Shown: piece by piece, positions 13,011 through 26,260 of the stretch | Position numbering within the stretch: the first letter of the stretch is position 1 | Layout: the number at the start of each line of letters is the position of its first letter | Assembly (NCBI GenBank): GCA_013265495.1 | Contig: MU058796.1 | Span: forward strand, 310,001-374,000 | DNA: 64,000 bases | Source: Vicugna vicugna | Taxonomy: Eukaryota | Reading direction: 5' to 3' | The notes under the pieces: model-generated | What the model saw: only the letters and a program-made list of their open reading frames with translations | Database searches by the model: none | What the model was told of the DNA's origin: nothing | Program-made: the position numbers and the translations under genes

Positions 13011-13439
13011 TTATTGCCTCCAGTTTCCAGTCCCACCTCCTACTTCCTACGCATCTGTACTCAAAGCTCCAGTTAAGACAGGGTTACTCGCGCCTCTCAA
13101 AGATGCTTTGTGTTTTTTTCCTTTCATTTCATCTTACCGTGTTTTGCCTTTCCTCCTGATATATTCCTGTTAAAATGCATTTCATTCCTCTCCTTCCTCT
13201 TCAATGGTGATGTCAGCTTCTTAAAATCCTACCCAGTCTTGTGAAAGGCCACCTTCTTTGTGATACCATCATTGCCCGTCTTCTTCCCTCCTCCATGAAA
13301 CAAGCAACTGTAATCTCTCTCTGTCTGAATGGACATATATGCTATGGTTGTTATCATATTTGTGCCTTTTATTACAGATATTTGTGTACCTTACAATCCA
13401 GGATTTTGTGTTTGAAAGTTCTCCAGAGATCATCTCACC

Positions 13440-13620
13440 TAATGACTGTTTTCAGAGCAGAGCCCCAGGGTTGGAGGAGGTGGTCTAGGACCGCCAGAGG
13501 CAGCTGGGAAAGGCTGAGTGGGTGGACCAGTTTTCCCTTTACACACCCACACCCCTTCAAACAGAGCATCTCCTTTTTATCCGTTTCACATATTGGGATG
13601 AATATCTAAAAACATCTTTA
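13440..13620. mobile_element. hAT-Charlie MITE fragment (subfamily not assigned)
   Basis: 'gagccccagggtt...cttcaaacagagcatctcctttttatccgtttcacatattggg' resembles a Charlie-family MITE consensus. Confidence 0.5.
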
Positions 13621-13749
13621 ATAAGTTATTGTCTTCTGTCTCCCATATCTCCAACACTGTGGGAGGAGAGAGAGTCTTATGGCTAGTGTTTCTTGGGCAC
13701 AGAGCCTTGACAAAGTGCTTATTCATGACAGGTCCACAGAGGAAGGACA

Positions 13750-14050
13750 TCCTGCGCTCAGCACGTTAACATATCCTATTTCAAATGTTTAACCTGTGGA
13801 CAGTCCCGGGAGGTAGGCATTCTCTCCATCTTAAAGATGTGCAAATGGAGCCCTGCCTCACTGAAGTTAAGAAATCTGCCCAAGTTTATTCAGCTGATGA
13901 GTGATAGAAGGAGACTTCAAACCTAGATCCCGTCCGGCTCAGATTCTGAATTTCAATGGACCAAGATTCAGCTCCCTCTCTCTCTCTAACTAGCTCTGTG
14001 ATCTTGGCAAGGTATTTAATCTTCCGGAATCTCACCTTTATGAAGAGTAT
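13750..14050. mobile_element. MIR fragments (minus ~13750-13950, plus ~13955-14050)
   Basis: 'ggaggtaggcattctctccatcttaaagatg...tctgcccaagtt' and 'actagctctgtgatcttggcaaggtatttaatcttccggaatctca'. Confidence 0.65.
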
Positions 14051-14263
14051 CGCCATACCTCTAACCAGTATTCCTAGGGTTCAGTTCTGGAAGCCAGATG
14101 TCTGACTTTCAACCAAAGCTGACTAGTGTTACTGTGACTGCACTATCTACTGCAACATTTTCTGAAGAGACTCTAGGTTTGATAATCTCTGAATCCTCCT
14201 CAGCAACAGGTACTAAAGAGCAGCATTTCTGAGACATTTTGCCACACATCCTATGTGATTTTA

Positions 14264-14331
14264 AAATATTCATAGTGTCATGCAGTTTCTATCAGGAAAT
14301 GTTCATAGTGCCATGCAGTTTCTATCAGGAA
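14264..14331. repeat. 33-bp tandem duplication (2 copies)
   Basis: aaatattcatagtgtcatgcagtttctatcagg / aaatgttcatagtgccatgcagtttctatcagg. Confidence 0.95.
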
Positions 14332-16209
14332 GAGACAGAAATTCAAGGCTCTAATATGAACCAGTGATTTAGCAAGTCCTATTTTATAGCACAGCGTTAG
14401 GTCTCTTGCATCTGGTCTGCTACAGGAATTCTCTCATGGTTAAAATGTCCTAAGAGAAACAGCACTCTGCCACCTTCCCACTAAGCCCCTAAGTCTCCAA
14501 CTCTCCGTACTCCTGTGGGAGGAGCAGAGCCAACTGCGACAGGTGTACGTGTGTGTGTGTGTTCTCATTTCAGTGTTATGAGGACAAATAAGTTACTTAT
14601 AAAGCATAAAAATAGAAAAAAAAAGTCAAGTCAACAGGCCTGTCTGCATCTGGAAGAATGTTCTTGATGGCCTCACTGCCATAGGCTTTTACCGCATATT
14701 ATGCAGTATATTCACTGATGCGATTCCTATCATTACTTAGCCATGGACATAAACGCTGTGTCTTTAAATGTTTGCTTCTAACATGAAACTTATTTTGTCA
14801 AATGGCTACTAGTTACATTTTTGAGAAGGCAGTGATCCATATTTGTTGAACTTATCCCCAGAAGAACATACTAATGGGAATGAGAGAAGTAAACCTTGTA
14901 CCCAGAGGGAACTGTTCTGTAGAGGAGTTTAGTATAAAGTATCTTTCCTGTCTAGGTTTTCTCGTTCTAAGACCTGGAGTCCATCCTTATTTGAGAACAC
15001 AGTCAAAATAATTGATTCCTTTTATCAACCTACCCAGAGTACATACATTTAAAAAAATGAACTTACCACAAGGTGTGCAGCAACTATGACACTAGAAGGT
15101 TGCCATGTGTGGAAGGGCTCTTAATAAGTACCATGATTGCCAAATGACTTGTAGATAGTTGTTACATGTCACCATTACCTTCTTCATTACATTTTCTTTT
15201 AGCTTCTGTTAACTAGCTTACAACATTCTAATTGGATGTCTTATAATTGAGTTTAACAGAATGTATCAAAAATATTTCTAAATTACTTTCTTTTTCTGGC
15301 AGTAATTTATGTAGTGAGCCATGAATCAATGTTTACTGGAAAAACAGCCTCACATAGAGTGAAATGCTGCTTGTGCATAGGAAAGCACACTTTTGCAAAG
15401 AAAACCATTATTTCAATACACAAATATTTTCAGAATCTATCATCCCTCAAATGCCTAATGTGATCACTACTGATGATTTTCAGACTGATTTTTGCCCTTT
15501 TGACAATCTATTACCAATACCACATGGCCGTATTTCCTTCCTCCCATGCAGAGATTCCAGTAATAAATTGGATATATTCTAAGAATTTGTATTTAAGTTC
15601 CCTCCCCTAAGTACGCCCATTTTAGAGCTGTGGTCTAAAGGGGAGAGATAACAAAAGTCTGCTTCCTAAGTTTACAGTTGTTTGATGGTTCAGTTTGTTT
15701 CAGCACTCTGCAAAATAATAACGTGCTGTCTTTTTTATATTAGATCTACCATCAGCTGCTTGTTTTCCAAACTGTTAATAGGTCACACTGAGTAATCTGC
15801 ACTCTTTTGTGGACCCAGGAGAGCTCGCTGAGGCTAGAGGCACAACCTGTGGCTCTGGGGTAATTTTTCTCTGTATAAATCTAATAAAACCTGCTCCCTT
15901 ACCCTGACTAGTGCTGTCTTCTCACCAACTGAGCTGGCACCTCTGAAAGTAAATAGATGATTTACACAGAGCCACGTCCGCATTCAGTTTCCAAACCAGT
16001 TCTTCCTGGATAGCAGTGGAGAGGCATCCCATGGAGAAAATTTGTAGAACCTTTACTAGTTTTTGTAAGCTTCTTTTCCAAGGTTTTAATGGAAGAGGGA
16101 TCTTTGAAAAAGGTCAAATATAGAATTCAAAAGAAAAGAGAATCTGGCAAAGACCTAATAGAGAGAAGTAATATTCAAGTAGAGATGTCTTATTCTGTTT
16201 TTGTAAGTT

Positions 16210-16450
16210 TGTCATCAACATTAATAAATTTGGTAAAAAAAATTTATTATCTACTTTGGGTTAGACACTGTGCAATTTAATGATAGATAAAACATAGATC
16301 TTTCAAAGTGTACAGTATAGTAGGGAACAGAGATAATAACTAAGTTTATAAGGGAGTTCAGAGTAAAGTTACAAGGTTCTGGGAAGACTTTCTAAAAACA
16401 TTAGCAAATCATTAAGAGCTGAAAGTTTTCCAGTCAGAAAGATTCGTTTT
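16210..16450 (-). mobile_element. L2 3' end
   Basis: 'aatttattatctactttgggttagacactgtgc...tacagtatagtagggaacagagata...gggaagacttt'. Confidence 0.5.
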
Positions 16451-16524
16451 TCTTCTATTTTACTTAAATGTAGTTTTCTTTGTACTATTTTAAACACTGT
16501 GTTTAAATTGAGAGTTCTAAGAGT

Positions 16525-16580
16525 CTTTTTTTTCACTTTTTTATTGAAGTATAGTTGATTTACAACGTTGTGCTAACACT
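16525..16580 (-). mobile_element. Very short L1 3' terminus
   Basis: 'ttttttattgaagtatagttgatttacaacgttgtgcta' is the canonical laurasiatherian L1 3' end in antisense. Confidence 0.65.
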
Positions 16581-16757
16581 CAACACCTCTTCCTTTATCT
16601 TCTTTATTGCTACAAAATTTTTGAAAATAAAATATTTAAGCTTAAATATTTAAGTATTTAAAGTATTTCCATAAGCTGTCCCTAGGAAATTATAACAACT
16701 AACTTCACTGATCTGTCTTAACTCATTTTAAATTATTCAGTTTTGTCCAAATGGTCA

Positions 16758-16888
16758 TAGGTTGATCAGACATCCCAGTTTGCCTGGGGTAGTCCCAGTT
16801 TGTGCTGATTATCTGGCATACTTAAAAATAGCATCCCATTTCACTTGAAAAGCACCAAGCTTCAACAATAAATGATATGGTTACCCCA
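16758..16888 (-). mobile_element. hAT-Blackjack MITE, MER94-like
   Basis: 'catcccagtttgcctggggtagtcccagttt...tttcacttgaaaag...caataaatgatatggttaccc'; about 130 bp with TIR-like ends. Confidence 0.7.
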
Positions 16889-18399
16889 GTTATTCACCAT
16901 ATTCTGGTCCAGTGGGTTGAAATAGACAGGGTTGTGCCTCCCTACCCATCTCTTCTCCCCACTGCGTTATCTTCTTGTCTCTGTACATAATTTTGAATGC
17001 CTACCACATAAGTATTACTTAAATGTGGTAGAGTACAGGAGGAAAAAAGAAGTACAGTCTGCTTAACCATTCCTCAAGTATTGAAAAAAATTACCTACAA
17101 GGCATTTGGTACACTGATCCAATTCTTCTCAACCACTGTATTTGGTCCCTTTGTTAGGTTAGACCTGATTGATTGCAAGCGGGCATGAGCAGGTGGTGAG
17201 CATTTGGCCATTTGGTCTTGCTGTTAAACGTTCCATTTGTCAGGTTCAGGCATTTGCTGGCCATACTAATTGTTAAAAAGTCAAGTTTAGAAGCATGATA
17301 ATGGAAGAGAATATGTTCTTTAAAGATTGGCTCCTTATTCTCATAGTACTTCCTGTATATGATGTATAGATATTTTTCAAGTATGGCAAATAAATTTGAT
17401 GGTTAAATGTTCTTTAATATGGTTTTGGTTTTTGAAGAGGGAAGGAAGGATGTCCATCTTTGATTTAAGTTCTCACATGTTCACAGAGCTGGAAGGATCA
17501 TTGGTAAACTTTATATCCTGCCTAAAAGGTGACTGCAGGTTATAATATATCTCAGTTGCCAAAAGAGAATACTGCATCTTAAGAATCTATTTTCCTTTTA
17601 TTTATCATTTATTTTATTAGTATTTCTAAATAGTCCATATCTAGGAAATCTTTGTATTTTCCACAGTGCCCAACACAATGCCTTATAATTAATACTCAAA
17701 TATTTATTAAGTGAGTGAATGAAAGGATGACTATTCTTCATATTTTGATGTATATCTCAGATTTATAAAATATGACAGAGTAAGGTAAACTATATCCCAG
17801 ATTTATAGTAAAAATATTTTCTCATATTCTCATCAATCAAGAATATGTTAAGATCTGCGTATATATCGGCACCCCCTCTCAGAAAAGCAATAAAAAAAAA
17901 TTCCAAGCAGAGAAATTCATAATTCCACTCTAGTTTCACTATAATATTGTTGATACACTTTTTTCTGAAATAATCAGTGCCCATTTAAAAAAAAAAAAAA
18001 ACAACAGCATGTGGTGATTAGAATATACATTCCATGAATGGTACCAAACCTTTTTGTGAATCAAATTCTTTCAATTCCCAAGAGTTTCTCTAACCAGGCA
18101 TAGATTCAACAAAATTTCTCAGTGATTGCCTCGCTTATTAGAGAATGATTGAAAAAGAACATACACTAAGGCTTCAAAATCTGAAAAGCTTTCTGAGGGC
18201 ACAAATAACTGAGACAATTTAAGAAACTATTTTAGTCTATGAATGATAGTACTGCATTATCATTTTCTTCTCTTTATCTTTCTATTTTTTCTAGGGTATC
18301 TATAAACGTTATGTCTCTGCCTAAATTCGTTTAATTTGTCTGTGATGTTTATCTAGGTAGAACTTTAGACTGAAACTGATTTAATATGTGTGGTGTTTA

Positions 18400-18800
18400 G
18401 GCCACATTCATTTATTTTTTATGTATTGAGTCACTATGATGTACAAGGTACTGAACTTGATGCTGAGAATACAATAAAAAATGAATCTGATGTTGTCCCT
18501 CCTACAAGAATTTCATAGGGAGAGAAGGGAGAAATGTAAAGAAATGTAAATTAAATCCTGGGTGGCTCAGACAATAAGGAAGGGTTGATCAAGGCACAGT
18601 GATGACACAGAGAAATAAGTGACTCATAATGACTGCATGAGATTGTAAAAAAATTATTTTCAGAGATAGATGGATAAATGGAATTTTTAATAATTAGTAG
18701 ATTTTATCAAGCAAACATAGTTCATAGTTCATAAAGACCATTCCAGGTAGAGGACATGCAAAGATGCATTATATGAAGACCATAAGTACCTGAAGATCAC
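18400..18800 (-). mobile_element. L2 3' region
   Basis: 'cattcatttattttttatgtattgagtcactatgatgtacaaggtactg...cattccaggtagaggacatgcaaag'. Confidence 0.65.
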
Positions 18801-21800
18801 AGGGGAAGTGTCGTAGTATTTTTTTCTTGAAAAATTGATAACTTATGTGTTTTCTATGTACATGATAAAACATTTGAATTTTTGACCATTCTCTTTCAAT
18901 AAATTAATATCTAAGCTGAAATGCACTTCATTTCTTATTCAGCAATATAGGCAATAAATCCTCATGAAGGCATTACTAATCCCAACTGTAATTTAAAAAA
19001 TGCTGCTTTTCATACAATTGTGTTTGTCATTGGAATAAGCAGTCAGAGTCAACACTGAGTCTTTCACCTCTATGGGTCTTATCCTAGGAAATGGAGATGG
19101 ATACTCCTTTTGAGAAGTACGTTAAATAAATGTCATAAGACCTCTGTATGAGAAGCCCTAGATGCTTTAAATCTTAACTCTCTGAGCGAGAAAACATACC
19201 TAGAAACCCCCAATAGAAACAACAGTGCAGGTAGTCCTCTGCATGGAGATAGTTAAGGCACCATGACGGACTATTTCCCTTAAGAACTGGCAGAGAATCT
19301 AGTTTCTGTTGATAACCTCCAGGACACCCTATGATATTCTGAGTGGTTTGATGCAACTCTCCTTATGACACATAATAAAGTCAGCTGAACTGAAAGAAAA
19401 GAAGTCCTGTGAATAATGATCTCACCTGTTAACTCATGTTTTTCTTTCCAGCCAGAAAAGAAAGTTTCCTTCCTAAGGCTGAATGGCTGGGCAAAAGTAA
19501 GGCAAGGTTGAGGAAAAATCTTTAAGCAAACAAACAAATAAGCAAACACAGCTTAATAAAGCTACTGCCCTGCCATGAGGTAATGAGTCCTTTTAAATCA
19601 ATTTTGAAATGAGACTCTCAAGGAAAGAAAATGTTACTGCATGTCACAGCATCTTCTAAAGTTCATTTATTTCCAGCAGAAACAATAGGATGACTCCGTG
19701 TGGCCCTGAGCTTACTGAAAAAGACCAAATTGCTAAAAAGACGCAATACCACAAATAGACATTTATAAGGGTTTGTCAACTCCAGTGAAGTGGTTTCTGT
19801 GGACTCTGTACTTTTCCACGCCCCTCTGCATCTCCTCACGCTTTAAATAAATTACATAAGTAAATAAATAAATCCACTAAAATGATACCACCTTTTCAGC
19901 AAGAGATAAAAACATACTGATTAGTGACTGCTGAAGGACATCATTAAACTCTCACTGTTTGATTTCATTTCTTCTTCTCTTATTTTATTTATTTATTTAT
20001 TATTTGGTCGCCCGCAGGCATCTCTGTACTGACTGACCCTGCTAGTTCAACTATTAAAGAATTTCTCTCTCCAAGGAGGTCTGATGTAAACATGATAATC
20101 TGTTCGGCGGCTCCTATGATGGCCCATGAATAAAACATACGATAACCTGGTTAGAGTCGAAGCAGTTCACTATTTGTAAACAGAAGGAGTGTTTGGAAGC
20201 TCCTGGAACGCTTCACCATACTTAATCCCAGAAGCCTGGAATTCCATTCTTGGTTGGCCTTATAGTCTAACTATTGGCCTTACAGTCAGCCACCCTATAA
20301 TATCTTATTGAACAGGAGCTAATGCTAGGGGCTGGATTTGAATGCTCCTCCAACTGTGGCAGAAAGCACATCTCTGCTTATAGAAAGTATACACTGAATC
20401 CTAGAAAAAAAAGAAAACGTTTAGTGGTGAGAGTTGGAAAGAGAAGTCTGAGAAGCAAAGTGAAGGAGCTAGGAAGTAGTCACGTCTATTATATTTAATA
20501 GTGCACACATTGAAATCTAAATTAAAATCGTTACCTACTTGGTGTTTTACAATATTACAAGGACATGATTGGATATTTTTTGCGTTCAATTATCTGTTCA
20601 GACCAAGACAACTTTCTAACTGTAACAAAAGAAAGGGCTATGCTATAATCTCTGCTCTGGCAACTCAAAGAGGCAAAACCTGCCTCTGTCTGGGTAGATA
20701 TTGTTGGGTGGATAAAATCAGAGAGGAATTATTTAATGTGACCTTTCCCACACAACAAGAGAACAATTGTTATAATTCAGGTTCGTTTTTAAAGCATAGT
20801 CATTAAAAAACTGCTTATAGCACGTTTTTTTTCCTGGAAATCTCTCCCTTTGTGCATTGGCTTTGGCCATTAATCCTCTAATTATGTTCCCGCATGTATT
20901 TAATTTTTGATCTCCTATAGAAGGAACCATAAAATGAACATTTTATATAAAGATGGTTTTATATTGCGATGTAACAGCTGCTATTGACTAAACAGCTTTC
21001 CTGGGACTGCCTTTTGTCTGTCAACAAGTTCGCATCATCTCTGACAAACTTTGTACTTCTTACATTGTTAGCATTATTCTTTATTTCATTGAAAAAATTA
21101 AATGCAATTCTGGATACTAGCAACATTTGGAAATTTAAAATGTATTTTTGTATTCCTAGTAAACCTTAAAGTAAGCATGATTTTGAGGTTGTATGTGAGT
21201 GGGTATGGCTTTTACAAAAATTCAGCATTCTATAAAGAGCACTGTCAAAATACAGGGGCATAATTAATGTAAAATTATAAATTAATGTCCAGGACACATC
21301 TACTTTTAAAATATTACAAATAATAAAATTTGCATCTACTGCATATTTATAAGATCTAGTCTATATTATTTATGTACCTCCTTTGTAAGATTTAGGTAAC
21401 TTAATTTAAATATAATGCCTAACCCTCAGTAAATCGTTATTGAAAAAAGTGTTAGATTTTCAAACTTTTTGAAATCATAATTAAATCTCTTTCCAACAAT
21501 TCTCTGAAAAAAATCAACATCTAAATACTTCTTACAATATTTCAGTGTGAAAATTACAGTAGCACCTAATTAATCAGCCTCACCCTGGAATGAGGGGTTC
21601 CACATAAGCAAATTTTGCAGACAGTTGTAACTTGCCCCCTCCTGTATTTCACTGAAAAGCAAATAAGATAAAGTATAGAAAAGTGCTTTATAAACTTTAA
21701 AATACATTATAATGGATACTATGATTTTATTATGCTATAAACTTGGTTTTAGATAATTTATTCCTAAAAATCTTTCCAAAATACATACTCTTTTGCTTCC

Positions 21801-22159
21801 TTAAGTGGCATATATTTGTAATTATCAACATTAACTATGGGATCCTAAATTTTACAAAGGTACCCTCTGCAGTATCTTGCCCCTGATAATGGCTTCTAGT
21901 TGTTAACATTCTTTAATCTTATACCTGTAGTGCTCTGTCTTCTCTCTCTGTGAAACTGTCAGTCAAGTGGGCCTTTTTCATCCCTTCTTTATTCTCTGCC
22001 TATCTTTTTTCTTTCTAGTTTACTGCTTGTGTCTGTTGTGATTTGGGGAAAAATAAATCCATTTGAATTGTGTCTAAACAGTAAATAGGTCTGGGTGAAG
22101 ATCCAGTAAGTTCTTGTAAATCTCTGTATATGTGCCTTATATTTAGGTTTCTAAATGTA

Positions 22160-22470
22160 AATTCATCAAACAAGTATTTATTGAGTGGCCGGTGTGCTAC
22201 AGACACATAACTACATAGACATGGCCCTTGTCTTCATGAAGCTTACTGTCTACCAGGACAGACTAACATAAAAGATTACCCAGATATTTAATTAGAGTGG
22301 AGAGGTGCTGTGCAGAAGATATGCAGGATGCTCTAAGCTCATGTAAAAGAGTGCACTTAAGCTAACCTGAAAGTCTTCCCATTTACACTGAGGCCTAGAA
22401 AGTGGGTAGAATTAAGGGGGCCAGTTAAAGAAAGTAGCATATAAGGAAAGTGTGTGTTCAGAGAATTTTT
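22160..22470 (-). mobile_element. L2 3' region
   Basis: 'attcatcaaacaagtatttattgag...agacatggcccttgtcttcatgaagcttactgtctac'. Confidence 0.7.
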
Positions 22471-23496
22471 CTTTATTTCTAGAATCTGCTAATTCGGTGA
22501 GATGACCAATTTAAAAGACCTCAATAAAAGGGTAGCTTACTACATAATTTCTCTTAAAGAATGTTTTAAAAATTTAAAAATCCTGTTGCTCAACCTATTT
22601 TCGCCAGCTTCTTCTAGAACTTGGGGGAACTCTTCTCTAAATTCTCAGTGCATTTGCTATGTAATTGTGTAGTGTGACTCTTCCGGAACCAAGACACTTA
22701 TGCTGCCTTACCTGGAGGACAAATTTCCGATTCTAGACTGCACTCTGCTCTCAGTCTGGCTGTAGAACTCCCACTGATGGCAGTCGGAGCTGTGCTTGTG
22801 TATCTAGGGAAGTACACTGCCCTCTGTGTCGCTGTCAGACTCCTCTGGCACGGAGCCTGGAAGCCCGCGTGTGGATGTGAGTCTCTAAGGAAACAAATTC
22901 TCAGAGGTGCCGCACTAGCGGTGGTGTGAATGGAAGCAGAGAAAGCAGATGAAAAAGAAGGGCATGGCATCTGGACTAGCACCCTTTATCCTGCCACGCC
23001 TGCAGTAGAAGGAGGGGTGGAAGGAATTGCAATCATTTTTTTTCCCCAGGACTAGACTATTTCATAATATCATCAACTTTTTAGTCACAGACTGAGTTTT
23101 AATCATTACTATGCCCTCTAACATATACAAGGCCTGGCGTGAGTACTAATGGAGACCTGAACTTGAGAAGAGCCGTACCTCCTTCCCATCGCCTACTCTA
23201 TTCTGTGTGGCAGGGGACCGACCAAGCGTGTGTCTGGTCTCCATCTCCCACCTGCTCCCCACCCAAGACAGCCACACCCTTTGGAGCACTGACCCAAAGA
23301 GGCCCAGGTTGTTCTTGGAAGTGGGCTTCAGGCCATCTGGGCAGGGGACTTCTGGAAGCATTTGCTTTTAACCACTCTCTAACCTGTTCAGCCTTACATA
23401 ATGGGGGAAATTCATAATGGTTTGAAAAAGAAGATGCATAGGTTTTAAGGATGAAAGGGCAAGGGCCGTGTATTTTTTTAAAGCTTGTTTTTACGT

Positions 23497-23646
23497 CAGT
23501 GCTTCTCAAACAAAATGCATGAGGATCATCCCAGGCTCTTGTCGAAATGCAGATTCTGAGTAAGTCTGGCCTGGGGCTCCAGATTCTGCCTTTCTAAAGA
23601 GCTCCCTGGTGATTCCTGTCTGTAAACCACACTTTGCATAGCAAGG
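23497..23646. mobile_element. MER5A-like hAT-Charlie MITE
   Basis: 'cagtgcttctcaaac...aatgcagattctgagtaagtctgg...ctccctggtgatt...accacactttgcatagcaagg'. Confidence 0.75.
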
Positions 23647-26079
23647 CCTCTGAATATTACTGGTTTCAGTGTATATGGGTGTGTTCAGGTGTGTATATGC
23701 TGAGACTTTGAGATGCAAAATAGTAATAGTGTGTAAAAAGAAAAATCACATGACAACATAAGTTTAAAAGACATAGCTTTTAGGTTTATCGTTGTTTAAG
23801 ATTCTTCGCTTGGATGATGTCCCAGATAACAGCCTTTCATATCTATTCCTTCTCCGTATTAATTTGTTATCAGTGATGTCACCATGTCTTATCTTTAAAT
23901 TGGTCTCTCAAGTGTTGCTTTAGCAGCCTTATAAAATCCTACAGATTTCTAAGATACATACTACTGCCAATGGAAGCCTGAATGTCTCCTGGTGTAGAAA
24001 AGAGATTTTGATTAGATTTAAGCAGCTGTCATCTATGAAATTTTTCTCTCTAAATCATCTGCTTTCAACAAGCTCTTATATGTTGCTTTCTTGGATGGTT
24101 GCTGCCCTTGGTACCCTTTTCACTATTCCTGTTAACTGTGTCCCGTGGTATGGAACTAATACATATTTAAGAACATCATCACTAGCTAAAAAAGCACTTG
24201 GCTTAGAGAAATTTTACTCTGGCATCTTCTCTGCCATAATAACTATTTTTCCTCGTGTTGAAAAAAAATCAACTACATAAAGAAGGACAGTGATGCTGCA
24301 GGTTGCACTGCTAAAAGCAGTTTTGAAAGCTGTCATAAAAGTTATCACTTGTCATTTTACCTAGATGAAATGCAATCTAAAGAACATGTGTTTTCAAAAG
24401 CAACTTAATCTCAATTATCGAGGTCCCCAGACTTGTAGGAAATGACAATTTAAAATGTTAACATTGAACCAAGATTATGTAATGGAAAATGGACTAGTGT
24501 TTTAAGGATAAATATATTTCTAGATTGTGTTATTCTACATTTTGTAAAATAAAATGTGAAATATTCTACTTGGTATTGGACTAAACCTCCCCTTGAGAAT
24601 TTACAGATTATTAACTGAAATGGCAGTTTTCTTGTTAGTCGTGATCAAAGTGGTTCGGGAATGTCTAAAAACATGTGAAAGTTGATTACACATTTTATTG
24701 CTGGCACTGCATTGACTGGCCACCCATATGATGGAGCAATTGTAACCGTGGACTAGTTCCAACTAGCCTCAGGGAAAGAGCACACTGAGTTGAGACCTTT
24801 AGAAAGCATTTATTTGCTTGCCTCATTTAATCAAGTGACTTTTATAATTTTCCAGCTTTTAGTCTTACTTATTTCACATAATGAGAAAGAAAAATATCTT
24901 ATTTCTGGCATTTAAACAAAGAATATCCATCATTTAAAATTTCATTTCAAGATACAAATCCTTACCTTTTTCAAGAAGTGTATCTGTCTTGTTTTTCAGT
25001 GAGACAAACTACATACTTAAACAGAGGAATTCTAATTGATCTTAAAATAACGGTATTCATCAGGTCATACCTACCCCTCAAAATCCTATCCATTTTTCAT
25101 GATCCAGTAAAGTCCCTTCCCTTCCAGGAAGCCTCTGTTTCTCTAGTCAGAATTACTCTCTTGTCCTAGTGCTTTCTAATAATAGAGGTATAGTGTATAT
25201 TGTTTGAATTAAACCTTTATAATTGTCAAAGACCATGGGGTGAATGCACTGTGGAGTGATCCACTTTATTCATTAAGATCACCAAATCATCATATTGACC
25301 TTTTAAAAATGACCCATAGTAAATTATTTTTATAAATTATAGGGTCTTGGCCAAGTTTCAAAATTTAACATTTGAATACAATTCAGATAAAATAAAATCA
25401 CATTTTAAAATAAGTTTTGTGGCTAATGACTCTCTTTTAATACAATTTTTTAAAATTTAATGGTGTTTTTCTTATTTTTAAATTTTCATGCAGTATTTAC
25501 CTCTCTTGCCTTGAAAATAAATAAAATTATGCATATTTAATAGATAGATAGGTCATAGAATTTGTATTGCGAGGATGTCAAGATACCCCTGTTTGTATTC
25601 AAAATAGTATCTGTATTTTAAACTATGTAGTGTTAGCCAAATTAACACATAATAAAAAACACACCTAATTATCATTTCTCTATCCCGTTTACTATTATAG
25701 GAAACTAAATTAGACAGGCCGATAGAGAATCAGAGCCAACTTTAAACATGCTTATCCTCCAGCTCAAGTTTTCAACTTTTAATTTTTTGCAATAAAATAC
25801 ATAGGTTTATGTATTTTCTTTTCTGCTCTCCTTTTTCTTTTAATGGGTGACCTTGGCAACTTTTCCAATTTCTCTATTTTTAGAATATTGTTAGCAAGTC
25901 CACAGGCATCAGAAGAAATATATTTTCTGGAGTATTAGAACTCAAGAAATGCAATAATGATAATCTACCCCTCCAACCCAGGGAACTATTTTACATTGGC
26001 ATTAAGAGACGTTCAAATAGAAAAATATCAATTAATTATTTAACTTCAGTCACTGAATTCAGCAAAACTTGGATTTACC

Positions 26080-26260
26080 AACCAGTCTGATCACTTACTA
26101 GTTGAATGACCTTGACAAAGTTACCTTATTCTCTTAGATTTTTTGGATTTTAGATTCCCTAACCTGAAACAATGGAGATGAGAATAAAGCCTACCTTCCG
26201 GTTGGTTGAAGCACTCTAATGCGTGTCAAGCATTCAGCACGGTGCCTGGCGCAGAGCCCA
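26080..26260 (+). mobile_element. MIR SINE
   Basis: 'cacttactagttgaatgaccttgacaaagttacctt...agcattcagcacggtgcctggcgcagag'. Confidence 0.65.

Noticed and set aside
13241..13609. 122-aa ORF
   Set aside because: Runs across decayed L2-like and Charlie MITE sequence
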